From contig CAIQWC010000043.1 of assembly GCA_903875425.1 (NCBI GenBank), forward strand, positions 2,354 through 66,353: a DNA stretch of 64,000 nt, given 5' to 3'. The stretch is from an uncultured Actinomycetes bacterium (GTDB lineage: Bacteria > Actinomycetota > Acidimicrobiia > Acidimicrobiales > RAAP-2). The translations under genes were made by a program, and so were the position numbers. Numbering within the stretch: position 1 is the first letter of the stretch; the number at the start of each line of letters is the position of its first letter. Shown piece after piece: positions 27,463 through 34,272 of this stretch. The notes beneath the pieces are model-generated. The model was given only the letters and a program-made list of their open reading frames with translations. It had not been told where the DNA came from and searched no databases.

Positions 27463-28176
27463 TTGGCGGAGAAGGGAATAGTTCTGACACCCAGACATAA
27501 GGGTCAACGGCTCAACCATGGCCGATTGCTTTTGGCCGGTGGGGCCGTCGTCACCTTCGTCGCTGCTCCCTTGGTAATGCTGAGCGCTGCCTCTGGCGTT
27601 GCGAGCAATGCCGTAACCACTCCTTCTAGCGTGGCTCCGCCCGCGCCAACAGGCCCTGCAGCCTTGAGTTCTAGCCCTCGCGTACTGACCATGCGACAGG
27701 TTCAGCTGATGGAAGCCCGCCTTGTTTTACACCGTCAAGCTGCCGCCAAAGCAGCGGCACATGCCCGGATCCGAGCGGCCATCGCGTTGGCTGAGGCGCA
27801 AGCGGCTCGAGCCCAGGCCCTCGCGAACGCCCATGCGGCTGCAGTGCGTCAGGCCCAAGAAGCCGCGGCAGCGATTGCGGCGAGACCAGCGACCCATCAC
27901 CACTCCGCCCCCCACAAGGCGGCTAGGTCAGGCTCGCATCACCGAGTTGGGCTAGCAACCTATTACTACTGGCACAGTGGTCAGTGTGCGAGCCCATGGT
28001 TGCCTCACGGGACGACGGTAACGATTCGCAATAATGCCACTGGAGCTACGGCACGTTGCGTCGTTACCGATACTCAGGGCAATATCCCTGGTCACATTAT
28101 CGATCTCGACCCCAGTGTTTTTACAAAATTGGCCTCTCTCAGCGCCGGGGCTGTCGGGGTTACGATTAGTTGGTGA
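27463..28176 (+). CDS. Secreted/anchored cell-wall protein with C-terminal RlpA-like double-psi beta-barrel (DPBB) domain
   Basis: The C-terminus GLATYYYWHSGQCASPWLPHGTTVTIRNNATGATARCVVTDTQGNIPGHIIDLDPSVFTKLA is DPBB/RlpA-like. It has an N-terminal hydrophobic anchor and an Ala-rich helical middle. The track ORF starts at 27385, but TTG 27463 is preferred because of the GGAGGAAG SD 6 nt upstream. Confidence 0.65.
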   Translation: MAEKGIVLTPRHKGQRLNHGRLLLAGGAVVTFVAAPLVMLSAASGVASNAVTTPSSVAPPAPTGPAALSSSPRVLTMRQVQLMEARLVLHRQAAAKAAAHARIRAAIALAEAQAARAQALANAHAAAVRQAQEAAAAIAARPATHHHSAPHKAARSGSHHRVGLATYYYWHSGQCASPWLPHGTTVTIRNNATGATARCVVTDTQGNIPGHIIDLDPSVFTKLASLSAGAVGVTISW

Positions 28177-28997
28177 CACTTTCGCGCGCAGCGTCGGTAG
28201 CGCTGTTGGCGGAATATGGGTTATCGCCGAAGCGTAAATTCGGCCAAAACTTTCTCTTCGATACCAACACCCTGTCCAAGATCGTTCGGCTTTGTGGCGT
28301 CGGAGAGGGAGATCAGGTTATCGAATTCGGCCCCGGCCTCGGTGCGCTCACCGAGCATCTCCTTGGCGTCGGCGCAACAGTACGTGCGGTCGAAATTGAC
28401 CCAGACCTGATTACCGTTCTCCGTGATCGCCCCGAGTTGGCTTCAGTCACCGTCTTTGAGGCAGATGCAATGAAGGTAGATCTCGATATTGTCGCACCTC
28501 CTGGGGAAGGTCCCTACGATCTCGTCGCAAACTTGCCATATAACGTTGCCACCCCCCTGGTCATGCGAGTGCTGCGAGAAGCACCCCAGATTCGATCACT
28601 CTTCGTTATGGTCCAACTAGAGGTTGCTGAACGACTTGGGGCTAGGCCGGGCGAGGATGCCTACGGTTCGGTCTCGGCACGGCTTCGCTACTGGGCTAGC
28701 GCAACCCTGGTGGGGAAAGTCCCGGCCACGGTTTTTGTGCCCGCTCCCAAGGTGGCGTCGGGTTTGGTCCGTATCGTGCGCTTAGAACAGCCTGCCGTCG
28801 ATCCGGCAATTGCAAACGTCGAGACAATTGAACGGGTGGTTACCATGGCCTTTGGGCAGCGACGCAAGATGTTACGCCGGTCGCTTCAAAGCGTGCTGTG
28901 TGAAGAAGATTTCCTCGCCGCTGGGGTTGATTCTTCACGGCGCCCAGAAGAACTCGATATTGAGGCTTTCGGAGCGCTCGCAGGGAGGTTGCAGTGA
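28170..28997 (+). CDS. rsmA: 16S rRNA (adenine1518/1519-N6)-dimethyltransferase
   Basis: FGQNFLFD, VIEFGPGLGALT and NLPYNVATP. Start is TTG 28170 or GTG 28173 (GTGA overlap with the upstream stop). Confidence 0.9.
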   Translation: MVTLSRAASVALLAEYGLSPKRKFGQNFLFDTNTLSKIVRLCGVGEGDQVIEFGPGLGALTEHLLGVGATVRAVEIDPDLITVLRDRPELASVTVFEADAMKVDLDIVAPPGEGPYDLVANLPYNVATPLVMRVLREAPQIRSLFVMVQLEVAERLGARPGEDAYGSVSARLRYWASATLVGKVPATVFVPAPKVASGLVRIVRLEQPAVDPAIANVETIERVVTMAFGQRRKMLRRSLQSVLCEEDFLAAGVDSSRRPEELDIEAFGALAGRLQ

Positions 28998-29779
28998 GCA
29001 ACTCCGTGCTGCTTCGCGCCCCAGCTAAGTTGACGTGGAGTCTTGAGGTGGGAGGCCGGGCTGCAAACGGCCTCCACCGCATCGATGCGGAGATGATGAG
29101 TATTGACTTATTCGATGAGATAGTCCTTACCCCCGGTGCTTCGGGGCTGACAATCGCTGGTAGCGACGAGACGACCATGTTGGTGCCCGATGATGAGACG
29201 AATCTCGTGGCCCAAGCACTGAACCTCGCAGGTCGCGAAGCTTCCGCGGTCATTACCAAACGCATTCCCGTCGGTGGAGGTCTCGGTGGCGGCTCCTCTG
29301 ACGCAGCAGCGGTGCTGCGATGGGCGCGGTTCGTTGATTATGACCGAGCGCTGAAACTTGGCTCTGATGTGCCCTTCTGTATCAGCGGCGGGAGAGCTCG
29401 GGTTAGAGGATTCGGTGAGGAGGTAGAGGTCCTTCGTCACCTAGATCGTTCCGTGGTGCTGTGCCTCGTTCCCCTCGGCGTCAACACCGCCGCGGTCTAC
29501 CAAGTTTTTGATGAACTCGATCAATCAGGCACCTTGCGTCGAGGTCGTAACGATCTCAGTCACGCGGCCTATCTCGTGGAACCACGTCTTGAGCGTGTGG
29601 CTCAAGAACTTAGCGCTCTGAGTGGCGCTGAAGTGGTGGTCGCAGGATCGGGGTCCACCCTGTTCGTCGAGGGCACGAAGGCGCAACACGGTTTGGGAGG
29701 GATGGACACGCTGTGTGTGGACGGCCTCGAGTGCCGCTTAGTGGAGTGTGTAAGCGTGAAGCCTGAGGATATCGAGTAA
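28994..29779 (+). CDS. ispE: 4-diphosphocytidyl-2-C-methyl-D-erythritol kinase
   Basis: APAKLTWSL at the N-terminus and the GHMP motif IPVGGGLGGGSSDAAAVL. The GTG start overlaps the rsmA stop. Confidence 0.85.
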   Translation: MSNSVLLRAPAKLTWSLEVGGRAANGLHRIDAEMMSIDLFDEIVLTPGASGLTIAGSDETTMLVPDDETNLVAQALNLAGREASAVITKRIPVGGGLGGGSSDAAAVLRWARFVDYDRALKLGSDVPFCISGGRARVRGFGEEVEVLRHLDRSVVLCLVPLGVNTAAVYQVFDELDQSGTLRRGRNDLSHAAYLVEPRLERVAQELSALSGAEVVVAGSGSTLFVEGTKAQHGLGGMDTLCVDGLECRLVECVSVKPEDIE

Positions 29780-29785
29780 CGACGC

Positions 29786-29803
29786 AGGTGCGAAGAAGCA
29801 CCT
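29786..29803. terminator. Hairpin between convergent ispE and bS22 (possible bidirectional terminator)
   Basis: AGGTGC-GAAGAA-GCACCT has a 6-bp stem. It is the only intergenic structure between the two convergent stops. No U-tract. Confidence 0.3.
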
Positions 29804-29817
29804 CTCGAGAATCGTGA

Positions 29818-29919
29818 CTACTTACCTGCTGCGCGACGCTGCCAGCGAGTGGCCTTCAGCATCTTCTTGTGCTTCTTCTTGCGCATGCGCTTGCGGCGCT
29901 TCTTGATTAGCGATCCCAT
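29818..29919 (-). CDS. 30S ribosomal protein bS22 (33 aa; too short for the ORF track)
   Basis: The reverse strand reads MGSLIKKRRKRMRKKKHKKMLKATRWQRRAAGK, nearly the MGS[VL]IKKRRKRM.KKKH[KR]K.L signature I recall for mycobacterial bS22. An AAGGTGG SD lies 7 nt upstream. Confidence 0.7.
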   Translation of the reverse strand: MGSLIKKRRKRMRKKKHKKMLKATRWQRRAAGK

Positions 29920-29938
29920 GAGGGTGCCACCTTACTTG

Positions 29939-30184
29939 CTAGCGCCGGGTAGAGCCAACCCGGCGGTTGGCCTCAACGGCGCTGGCCTTAATGGAAAGCG
30001 CCTGGCGGGGGCATTGCCGCACGGCCATTTCGGCGTGAGCCTTGGCGGCACCAGAGACGGCGCCTCGAATAATGGGGTAGCCCCAAGGGTCAAGAGCGAT
30101 GATTTCAGGTGCGATCTCAGCACAGTGGCCGTAGGCGTCGCACTTAATGGGGTCCACGATGAGGGTGAGGAGTCGCTTGGCCAT
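29939..30184 (-). CDS. Small ferredoxin (single [3Fe-4S]/[4Fe-4S] cluster type)
   Basis: VDPIKCDAYGHCAEIAPE ... AVRQCPRQAL, which is the C-x5-C ... CP pattern of actinobacterial Fdx-type ferredoxins. Confidence 0.65.
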   Translation of the reverse strand: MAKRLLTLIVDPIKCDAYGHCAEIAPEIIALDPWGYPIIRGAVSGAAKAHAEMAVRQCPRQALSIKASAVEANRRVGSTRR

Positions 30185-31449
30185 TAGAAAAGATCCTCCT
30201 GATCGGGTAGGTGTAGATAGGTTTTCGAGCCCACCCGGCCACAGGTACGTGCTTGCTGGTGGGTGGCAAGATCGTCAGCAAAGACCTCAAGCGCAGTACG
30301 TACCATGCGGATGACGCCATCGGGGTGAGCGCAGGCACCGCGCCCCTCGAGCACGTCGGTGAGGTCCAAGATCGATCGGTCAGCCCTAGCACTGTGGCGA
30401 CCCGACGCCAAGGCTTCGAGCTGATCTGCCATGTTGGGTAACCCGAACAAGCAAGGTCCGCACTGCCCGGCTGATTCATTGGCCATCCAGCGAGTAATTC
30501 GAGCTGTTTCGACCAAAGGACAGACGTCGTCGCCGAGGGCGATAATGATGCCCGCGCCGAGGTTGCCTCCAAAAGGTGCCACGCCCGCTACTGAATAGGG
30601 CGCGTCGAGTGCTGCAGCTGATACCCAAGTTCCGCCATAGCCACCGAGCAACAGACCCGATATCGCTCCTTGTGGGTTCGCCAATTGTACGATGTCGGCC
30701 ACCGTAGTACCGAGAGCAATTTCGAAGACGCCAGGGGTTTGGACCGCTCCCGAAACGGTTACCAACGTGGTCTCGGGGGCATGAGCGATGTCCCCCTTTG
30801 CCCACCACGCGCCACCATGTCGAGCAATTAAGGCAACATTGGCACAGGTCTCGGCGTTATCCACAAGGAGAACCCGACTCTTAGCGATCACGGGAGAAGG
30901 CCGAGTAGTGCGGAAGCGAGGTAGGGATACTCCCTCGTCGAGGTAGTGGCCCAGTGCAGTCTCTTCTGAGGCCACGTAGCGACCTTGGGGACGCTCGATC
31001 TCCATGCTGCGTTCTTTGAGACCCCGCCGATCGTTAATGGCTCGCTCCATCAACTGAGCGACACGATCGTTATCATTGGCGATGCAAACCACAACGCGGT
31101 CAGCGTTAATGATGGCGGCAAGCACCTGTGCTCCGTCCAAAATTAGGTGGGGGGCAAAGGTGGCCAGTACCGAGTCCTTTTGACTTGCCGGCTCGCTTTC
31201 CATCAAATTAACTACCATGCGTGCTCGTCGGCGTTGACTGGCTACGTAGGCAACTTTCGTGGCGGTAGGGAAACGACCGCCGCCCCTTCCATCCAAGCCA
31301 GCGGTGGCGAGCTCAGCGAGCATGGCCTCGCTCCATGATGCGTTCGCTTGAGTTGAAGGTACCGCCAGGGTCCCATGGACCTCAAGGTGCTGGGACAAGG
31401 TCAGGGGGCTGGTTGGATTCACTCCTTCCAAGAGTCGATTACCGCTCAT
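30184..31449 (-). CDS. NuoF-like flavoprotein (Complex1_51K / NADH-quinone oxidoreductase-F Fe-S region family)
   Basis: GRGGGRFPTATK (compare GGAGFPTG), VVNLMESEPASQKD (compare CNADEGEPGTFKD), GRYVASEETAL, DNAETCANV and ESAGQCGPCLFG...GACAHPDG (a variant N3 cluster motif whose first Cys is Ala). Confidence 0.7.
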   Translation of the reverse strand: MSGNRLLEGVNPTSPLTLSQHLEVHGTLAVPSTQANASWSEAMLAELATAGLDGRGGGRFPTATKVAYVASQRRRARMVVNLMESEPASQKDSVLATFAPHLILDGAQVLAAIINADRVVVCIANDNDRVAQLMERAINDRRGLKERSMEIERPQGRYVASEETALGHYLDEGVSLPRFRTTRPSPVIAKSRVLLVDNAETCANVALIARHGGAWWAKGDIAHAPETTLVTVSGAVQTPGVFEIALGTTVADIVQLANPQGAISGLLLGGYGGTWVSAAALDAPYSVAGVAPFGGNLGAGIIIALGDDVCPLVETARITRWMANESAGQCGPCLFGLPNMADQLEALASGRHSARADRSILDLTDVLEGRGACAHPDGVIRMVRTALEVFADDLATHQQARTCGRVGSKTYLHLPDQEDLF

Positions 31450-32105
31450 CGCGAGCCTCGCCGTGCCGGCTTAGTTTGGTGATTCTTATTCCGAAGTGAG
31501 CTCACGTGCTCGGCCGCGGCACGGCGATTAAGCATCGTGCTCCCCGGTCCAGTTTTGCCTAATCCGTGGCGTCGCGGTGATTGCCAGATTCGCCACAGTA
31601 GCGACACGCCAACGACGCCTACGCAGATAATGACGAAGAGTTCCATCCACGCAAAACGCATGTCGGTACCAATCATGATGGTGTGAATAACGGCGATGGC
31701 AAAGGATAGGAATGACAGCCAATGGACGAAGCGCCAAGACTCAAACGACATCTTTGCGCGGAGCAAGCTCGTGGCGATGATGGCGATGATGAGGTCTAAG
31801 GCGATGGTACCGAGCGCCACCTTGAGGGGTTTGTACTGCGAGGTAAAGGGAATGACGGCAGAGGCGAGACTGATGTTGACGTAGGAGTCAAGGACTGAGC
31901 CGAGGATGTGAACGACGATGAAAACCACACTGAGCAGGGAGATGCGACGGTGGATCTCCGCAATTGCGAAGCGAGGGACGATACCGTTTCCAATTCGGGT
32001 TGAGGTCGAGATGCCCAGCACCATCACGATCGTTAAGAGTAGGAGTGACACGATACCCGTAGCGCGGGAGGAGTACCAGAGGTAATGCGAGTTCAACGCA
32101 ATCAC
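31446..32105 (-). CDS. Ferric-reductase-like (MsrQ/FRD-type) di-haem transmembrane protein
   Basis: Six hydrophobic helices with two pairs of TM histidines (AEIHRRISLLSVVFIVVHILGS; RFVHWLSFLSFAIAVIHTIMIG). The spacing matches bis-His ligation of two b haems. Confidence 0.7.
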   Translation of the reverse strand: MIALNSHYLWYSSRATGIVSLLLLTIVMVLGISTSTRIGNGIVPRFAIAEIHRRISLLSVVFIVVHILGSVLDSYVNISLASAVIPFTSQYKPLKVALGTIALDLIIAIIATSLLRAKMSFESWRFVHWLSFLSFAIAVIHTIMIGTDMRFAWMELFVIICVGVVGVSLLWRIWQSPRRHGLGKTGPGSTMLNRRAAAEHVSSLRNKNHQTKPARRGSR

Positions 32106-33043
32106 GATCCATCGTCTCCTCTGGGTTCAGCCCAACCACCCACTCGTTCTATAGATCCATCATGTCGCACGAGGCGTGCTTGAGCAGACCGTTGGGCCAA
32201 TTCAAAGATGGCGTCCTCGCCCCAGATGATTGCGGCAGTGCTGAGGGCATTTGCTTCCAGAGTTGTTGGCGCGACCACACTCACTAGGGTCCAAGGCGTT
32301 AGTGCGCTTGCGCCCGTTCGGGGATCAATGATGTGGTGGACTCTTTGGCCTGACCGCTGCCAGCTGCGCACCATGGAGGACGAACTCGCCACCCCGCCCA
32401 TGCTTAGGCTCACGATTTCTGTGATCTCAGCGGCTGCGAGGCCATGTTTAGCGCTCGCGGCGATACCAATAGGCCAACCTCCTGCCGGGGCCGGGCCCGC
32501 AATCCTAAGATCACCGCCAAGATCGACAAGGACGCCACAGCCAAGCTCCGCGGCGATTGCTGTGGCGCTGGCATCGGCCGCGACGGCCTTGGCACTTGCG
32601 CCAAGGTCTATGGTGACCCCCTCGGCCAAGGTGACGAGATGGTCATCGATACCGATTGCCGACCAACCTGGTGCTGGCATCGTCGCTGGAGCAGCGTCGT
32701 CGGTCGCGACTATGGCGTCAAAGTCCCGGTCGTAACCGAGCGCCACGAGGGCACCGAGCACCGTAGGGTCACAGAGCCCATCAGTGAGCTCGTAACCATG
32801 TCTGGCCTGAACCAAGAGTTCCAAAAACCAAGGAGAAGCGCTGAGGGTTCCGGCTGCATTGAGTTGAGAGATCTCGCTATTGGTATCGAAGCGGCTCGCA
32901 GATTTGCTGGTGGCTTCGAGAACGACATCAAGTAACTGTCGCGCTCTGGGGAGTGCCGTACTGTCGGAAGTCGCGATCGCGGCGCTGGTGCCCCAGATGG
33001 AGAAGTGTTCGATTCCCAGGCTGCTGAGCGACGAATCGCTCAC
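32102..33043 (-). CDS. apbE: FAD:protein FMN transferase (ApbE family)
   Basis: SRFDTNSEISQLN, CDPTVLGALVALGYDRDF, DLGASAKAVAAD and VASSSSMVRSW are consistent with ApbE. The GTG start overlaps the upstream stop (GTGA). Confidence 0.75.
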   Translation of the reverse strand: MSDSSLSSLGIEHFSIWGTSAAIATSDSTALPRARQLLDVVLEATSKSASRFDTNSEISQLNAAGTLSASPWFLELLVQARHGYELTDGLCDPTVLGALVALGYDRDFDAIVATDDAAPATMPAPGWSAIGIDDHLVTLAEGVTIDLGASAKAVAADASATAIAAELGCGVLVDLGGDLRIAGPAPAGGWPIGIAASAKHGLAAAEITEIVSLSMGGVASSSSMVRSWQRSGQRVHHIIDPRTGASALTPWTLVSVVAPTTLEANALSTAAIIWGEDAIFELAQRSAQARLVRHDGSIERVGGWAEPRGDDGS

Positions 33044-33477
33044 GAGCCGCCAGTGACGACGACGGGTGCAGGAGCAGGAGCAGGGACCGTCGTAGGAACT
33101 GTTGCCGGAGTGGGTGCAGGAGCTGGGGTCGTGGCTTGGGCAGGCGCAGGAGCTGGCGTCGTGCCCCCGGTCCCCGTTGAACCCGATGGAGCTGGAGTCG
33201 TGCCCCCGGTCCCCGTTGAACCCGATGGAGCTGGAGTCGTGCCCCCGGTCCCCGTTGAACCCGATGGAGCTGGAGTCGTGCCCCCGGTCCCCGTTGAACC
33301 CGATAGCCCGCTCGCACCCTGGCTTGCTGACGCGGAGGTGCTTGAGGTGTTAGCGGTCTTTCCGGCGTAGGCATTCCCGACGAACACGGTCATGAAGCCC
33401 ACCAGGGCAATACTGCCCAGGGTTGCCACCGTGGATGTCGCCTTGATGACTGCATTGCCGTTGATTCGAGATTGCAT
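33040..33477 (-). CDS. Secreted low-complexity Thr/Gly/Pro-rich protein with 4 x 13-aa tandem repeats
   Basis: ATG 33477 lies behind a GAGGA SD. The signal-peptide-like N-terminus is MQSRINGNAVIKATSTVATLGSIALVGFMTVFVGNAYA|GK. Then come (PSGSTGTGGTTPA)x4 and a PAPA/TVP tail. Its stop overlaps the apbE start. The track ORF begins at GTG 33516. Confidence 0.6.
   Translation of the reverse strand: MQSRINGNAVIKATSTVATLGSIALVGFMTVFVGNAYAGKTANTSSTSASASQGASGLSGSTGTGGTTPAPSGSTGTGGTTPAPSGSTGTGGTTPAPSGSTGTGGTTPAPAPAQATTPAPAPTPATVPTTVPAPAPAPVVVTGGS
33149..33304. repeat. Tandem repeat, 4 x 39 nt (in-frame, coding)
   Basis: The units 33149-33187, 33188-33226, 33227-33265 and 33266-33304 read GGAGCTGGAGTCGTGCCCCCGGTCCCCGTTGAACCCGAT. 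Units 2-4 are identical and unit 1 differs at one base (33157). Confidence 0.95.
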
Positions 33478-33544
33478 GGTTTCCTCTTTCGGTTCCCTCC
33501 CAGTATCAGTGGTCACTGTAAGGAAACAATGGGGAATATCTAAG

Positions 33545-33568
33545 AAGCAGTGAAGAATTGCACTGCTT
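33545..33568 (-). terminator. 8-bp hairpin between the two repeat-protein genes (terminator/attenuator candidate)
   Basis: AAGCAGTG-(8 nt)-CACTGCTT. On the minus strand it is followed by CUUAGAUAUU. It lies 43 nt after the stop of the 33611..34171 gene. Confidence 0.35.
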
Positions 33569-33610
33569 GACGGATGCGCTTGCGACTAATTTCGCCTAGC
33601 AGGTCACGAA

Positions 33611-34171
33611 TTAGTCGTCGGAATTACCACCGTGGCCCTCATATGAGGGACTTTGATTTCCAGTCTCGGAATTACCACCGTGGCCCTCATATGAGGGACT
33701 TTGATTTCCAGTCTCGGAACTGCTCTCTGACCCGGTGCTAGAGGATCCCGCTGATTCAGCCGAATTTTGCCCTCCGATACCGCCTTCGACCTTGTTCCCA
33801 GCGTCGTCGCTTCCTTGGGCCGCACTTATATTTGCAGTGGGCGTTGCGCTAGGGGTCTGCTGCGTTTTTGCGATCGCAGCCAGTGGGACATTCCTTGGGG
33901 TGCTCGAAGGAGTCGCCGTCGTGGCTATCGAGCTCGGAACCTTGGCTGGCGTACCAGCACGTGGGCTCTGAATGGACGACGGTGTGCTGCCTGGGGCGGT
34001 ACTCGGCGCCGCACTCGGCGCGGGGGATGTTGTCGCAGCCACTCCTGCCTGCTTGGCGGTGTTGACCTGCCCGGCTAGGACTACCATGACGCCAGCGAGC
34101 ACCACGGCAGCGATGACGGTGGTTGAGGCCGCGGCCTTGCCAACGAGTTTTTTCTTTGAGTAAGCGCCCAT
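33611..34171 (-). CDS. Membrane-anchored, intrinsically disordered Ser/Thr/Ala/Pro-rich protein with C-terminal 2 x 16-aa His-containing repeats
   Basis: A strong SD (AGGAGG) lies 4 nt before ATG 34171. The N-terminus is KKKLVGKAAASTTVIAAVVLAGVMVVLAG (anchor/signal). The remainder is low complexity and ends with (SETGNQSPSYEGHGGN)x2 SDD. Confidence 0.55.
   Translation of the reverse strand: MGAYSKKKLVGKAAASTTVIAAVVLAGVMVVLAGQVNTAKQAGVAATTSPAPSAAPSTAPGSTPSSIQSPRAGTPAKVPSSIATTATPSSTPRNVPLAAIAKTQQTPSATPTANISAAQGSDDAGNKVEGGIGGQNSAESAGSSSTGSESSSETGNQSPSYEGHGGNSETGNQSPSYEGHGGNSDD
33620..33715. repeat. Tandem repeat, 2 x 48 nt, identical (in-frame, coding)
   Basis: 33620-33667 and 33668-33715 are identical (GGAATTACCACCGTGGCCCTCATATGAGGGACTTTGATTTCCAGTCTC). 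The first 4 nt of a third unit follow. Confidence 0.95.
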
Positions 34172-34272
34172 GGTGCCTCCTAACCTCTTGACGTTTCCTC
34201 TCTATTATCCACCAAGGGTTGGCGGAAGAGCCGTCGAAACGATAAGAATTCGCGAAGAATTGATCGTGTCAG

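Noticed and set aside
29849-30187. A 112-aa plus-strand ORF.
   Set aside because: It is antisense to the bS22 mini-gene and the ferredoxin gene, both of which have recognisable protein signatures. Its product is low-complexity Arg/Leu/Gly-rich.
33149-33304. A possible CRISPR-like array, because of the regularly spaced identical units.
   Set aside because: The units are directly adjacent with no spacers, have a 39-nt period, lie in frame within a coding sequence, and no cas genes are in the window.
32928-33374. Alternative-frame ORFs across the 39-nt repeat: minus-frame 32928..33374, and plus-strand 33005..33370 and 33102..33353.
   Set aside because: They exist only because the repeat is open in several frames. 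They lack a signal peptide or SD and cut across the apbE start. The 33040..33477 frame has an SD and a signal peptide and is coupled to apbE.
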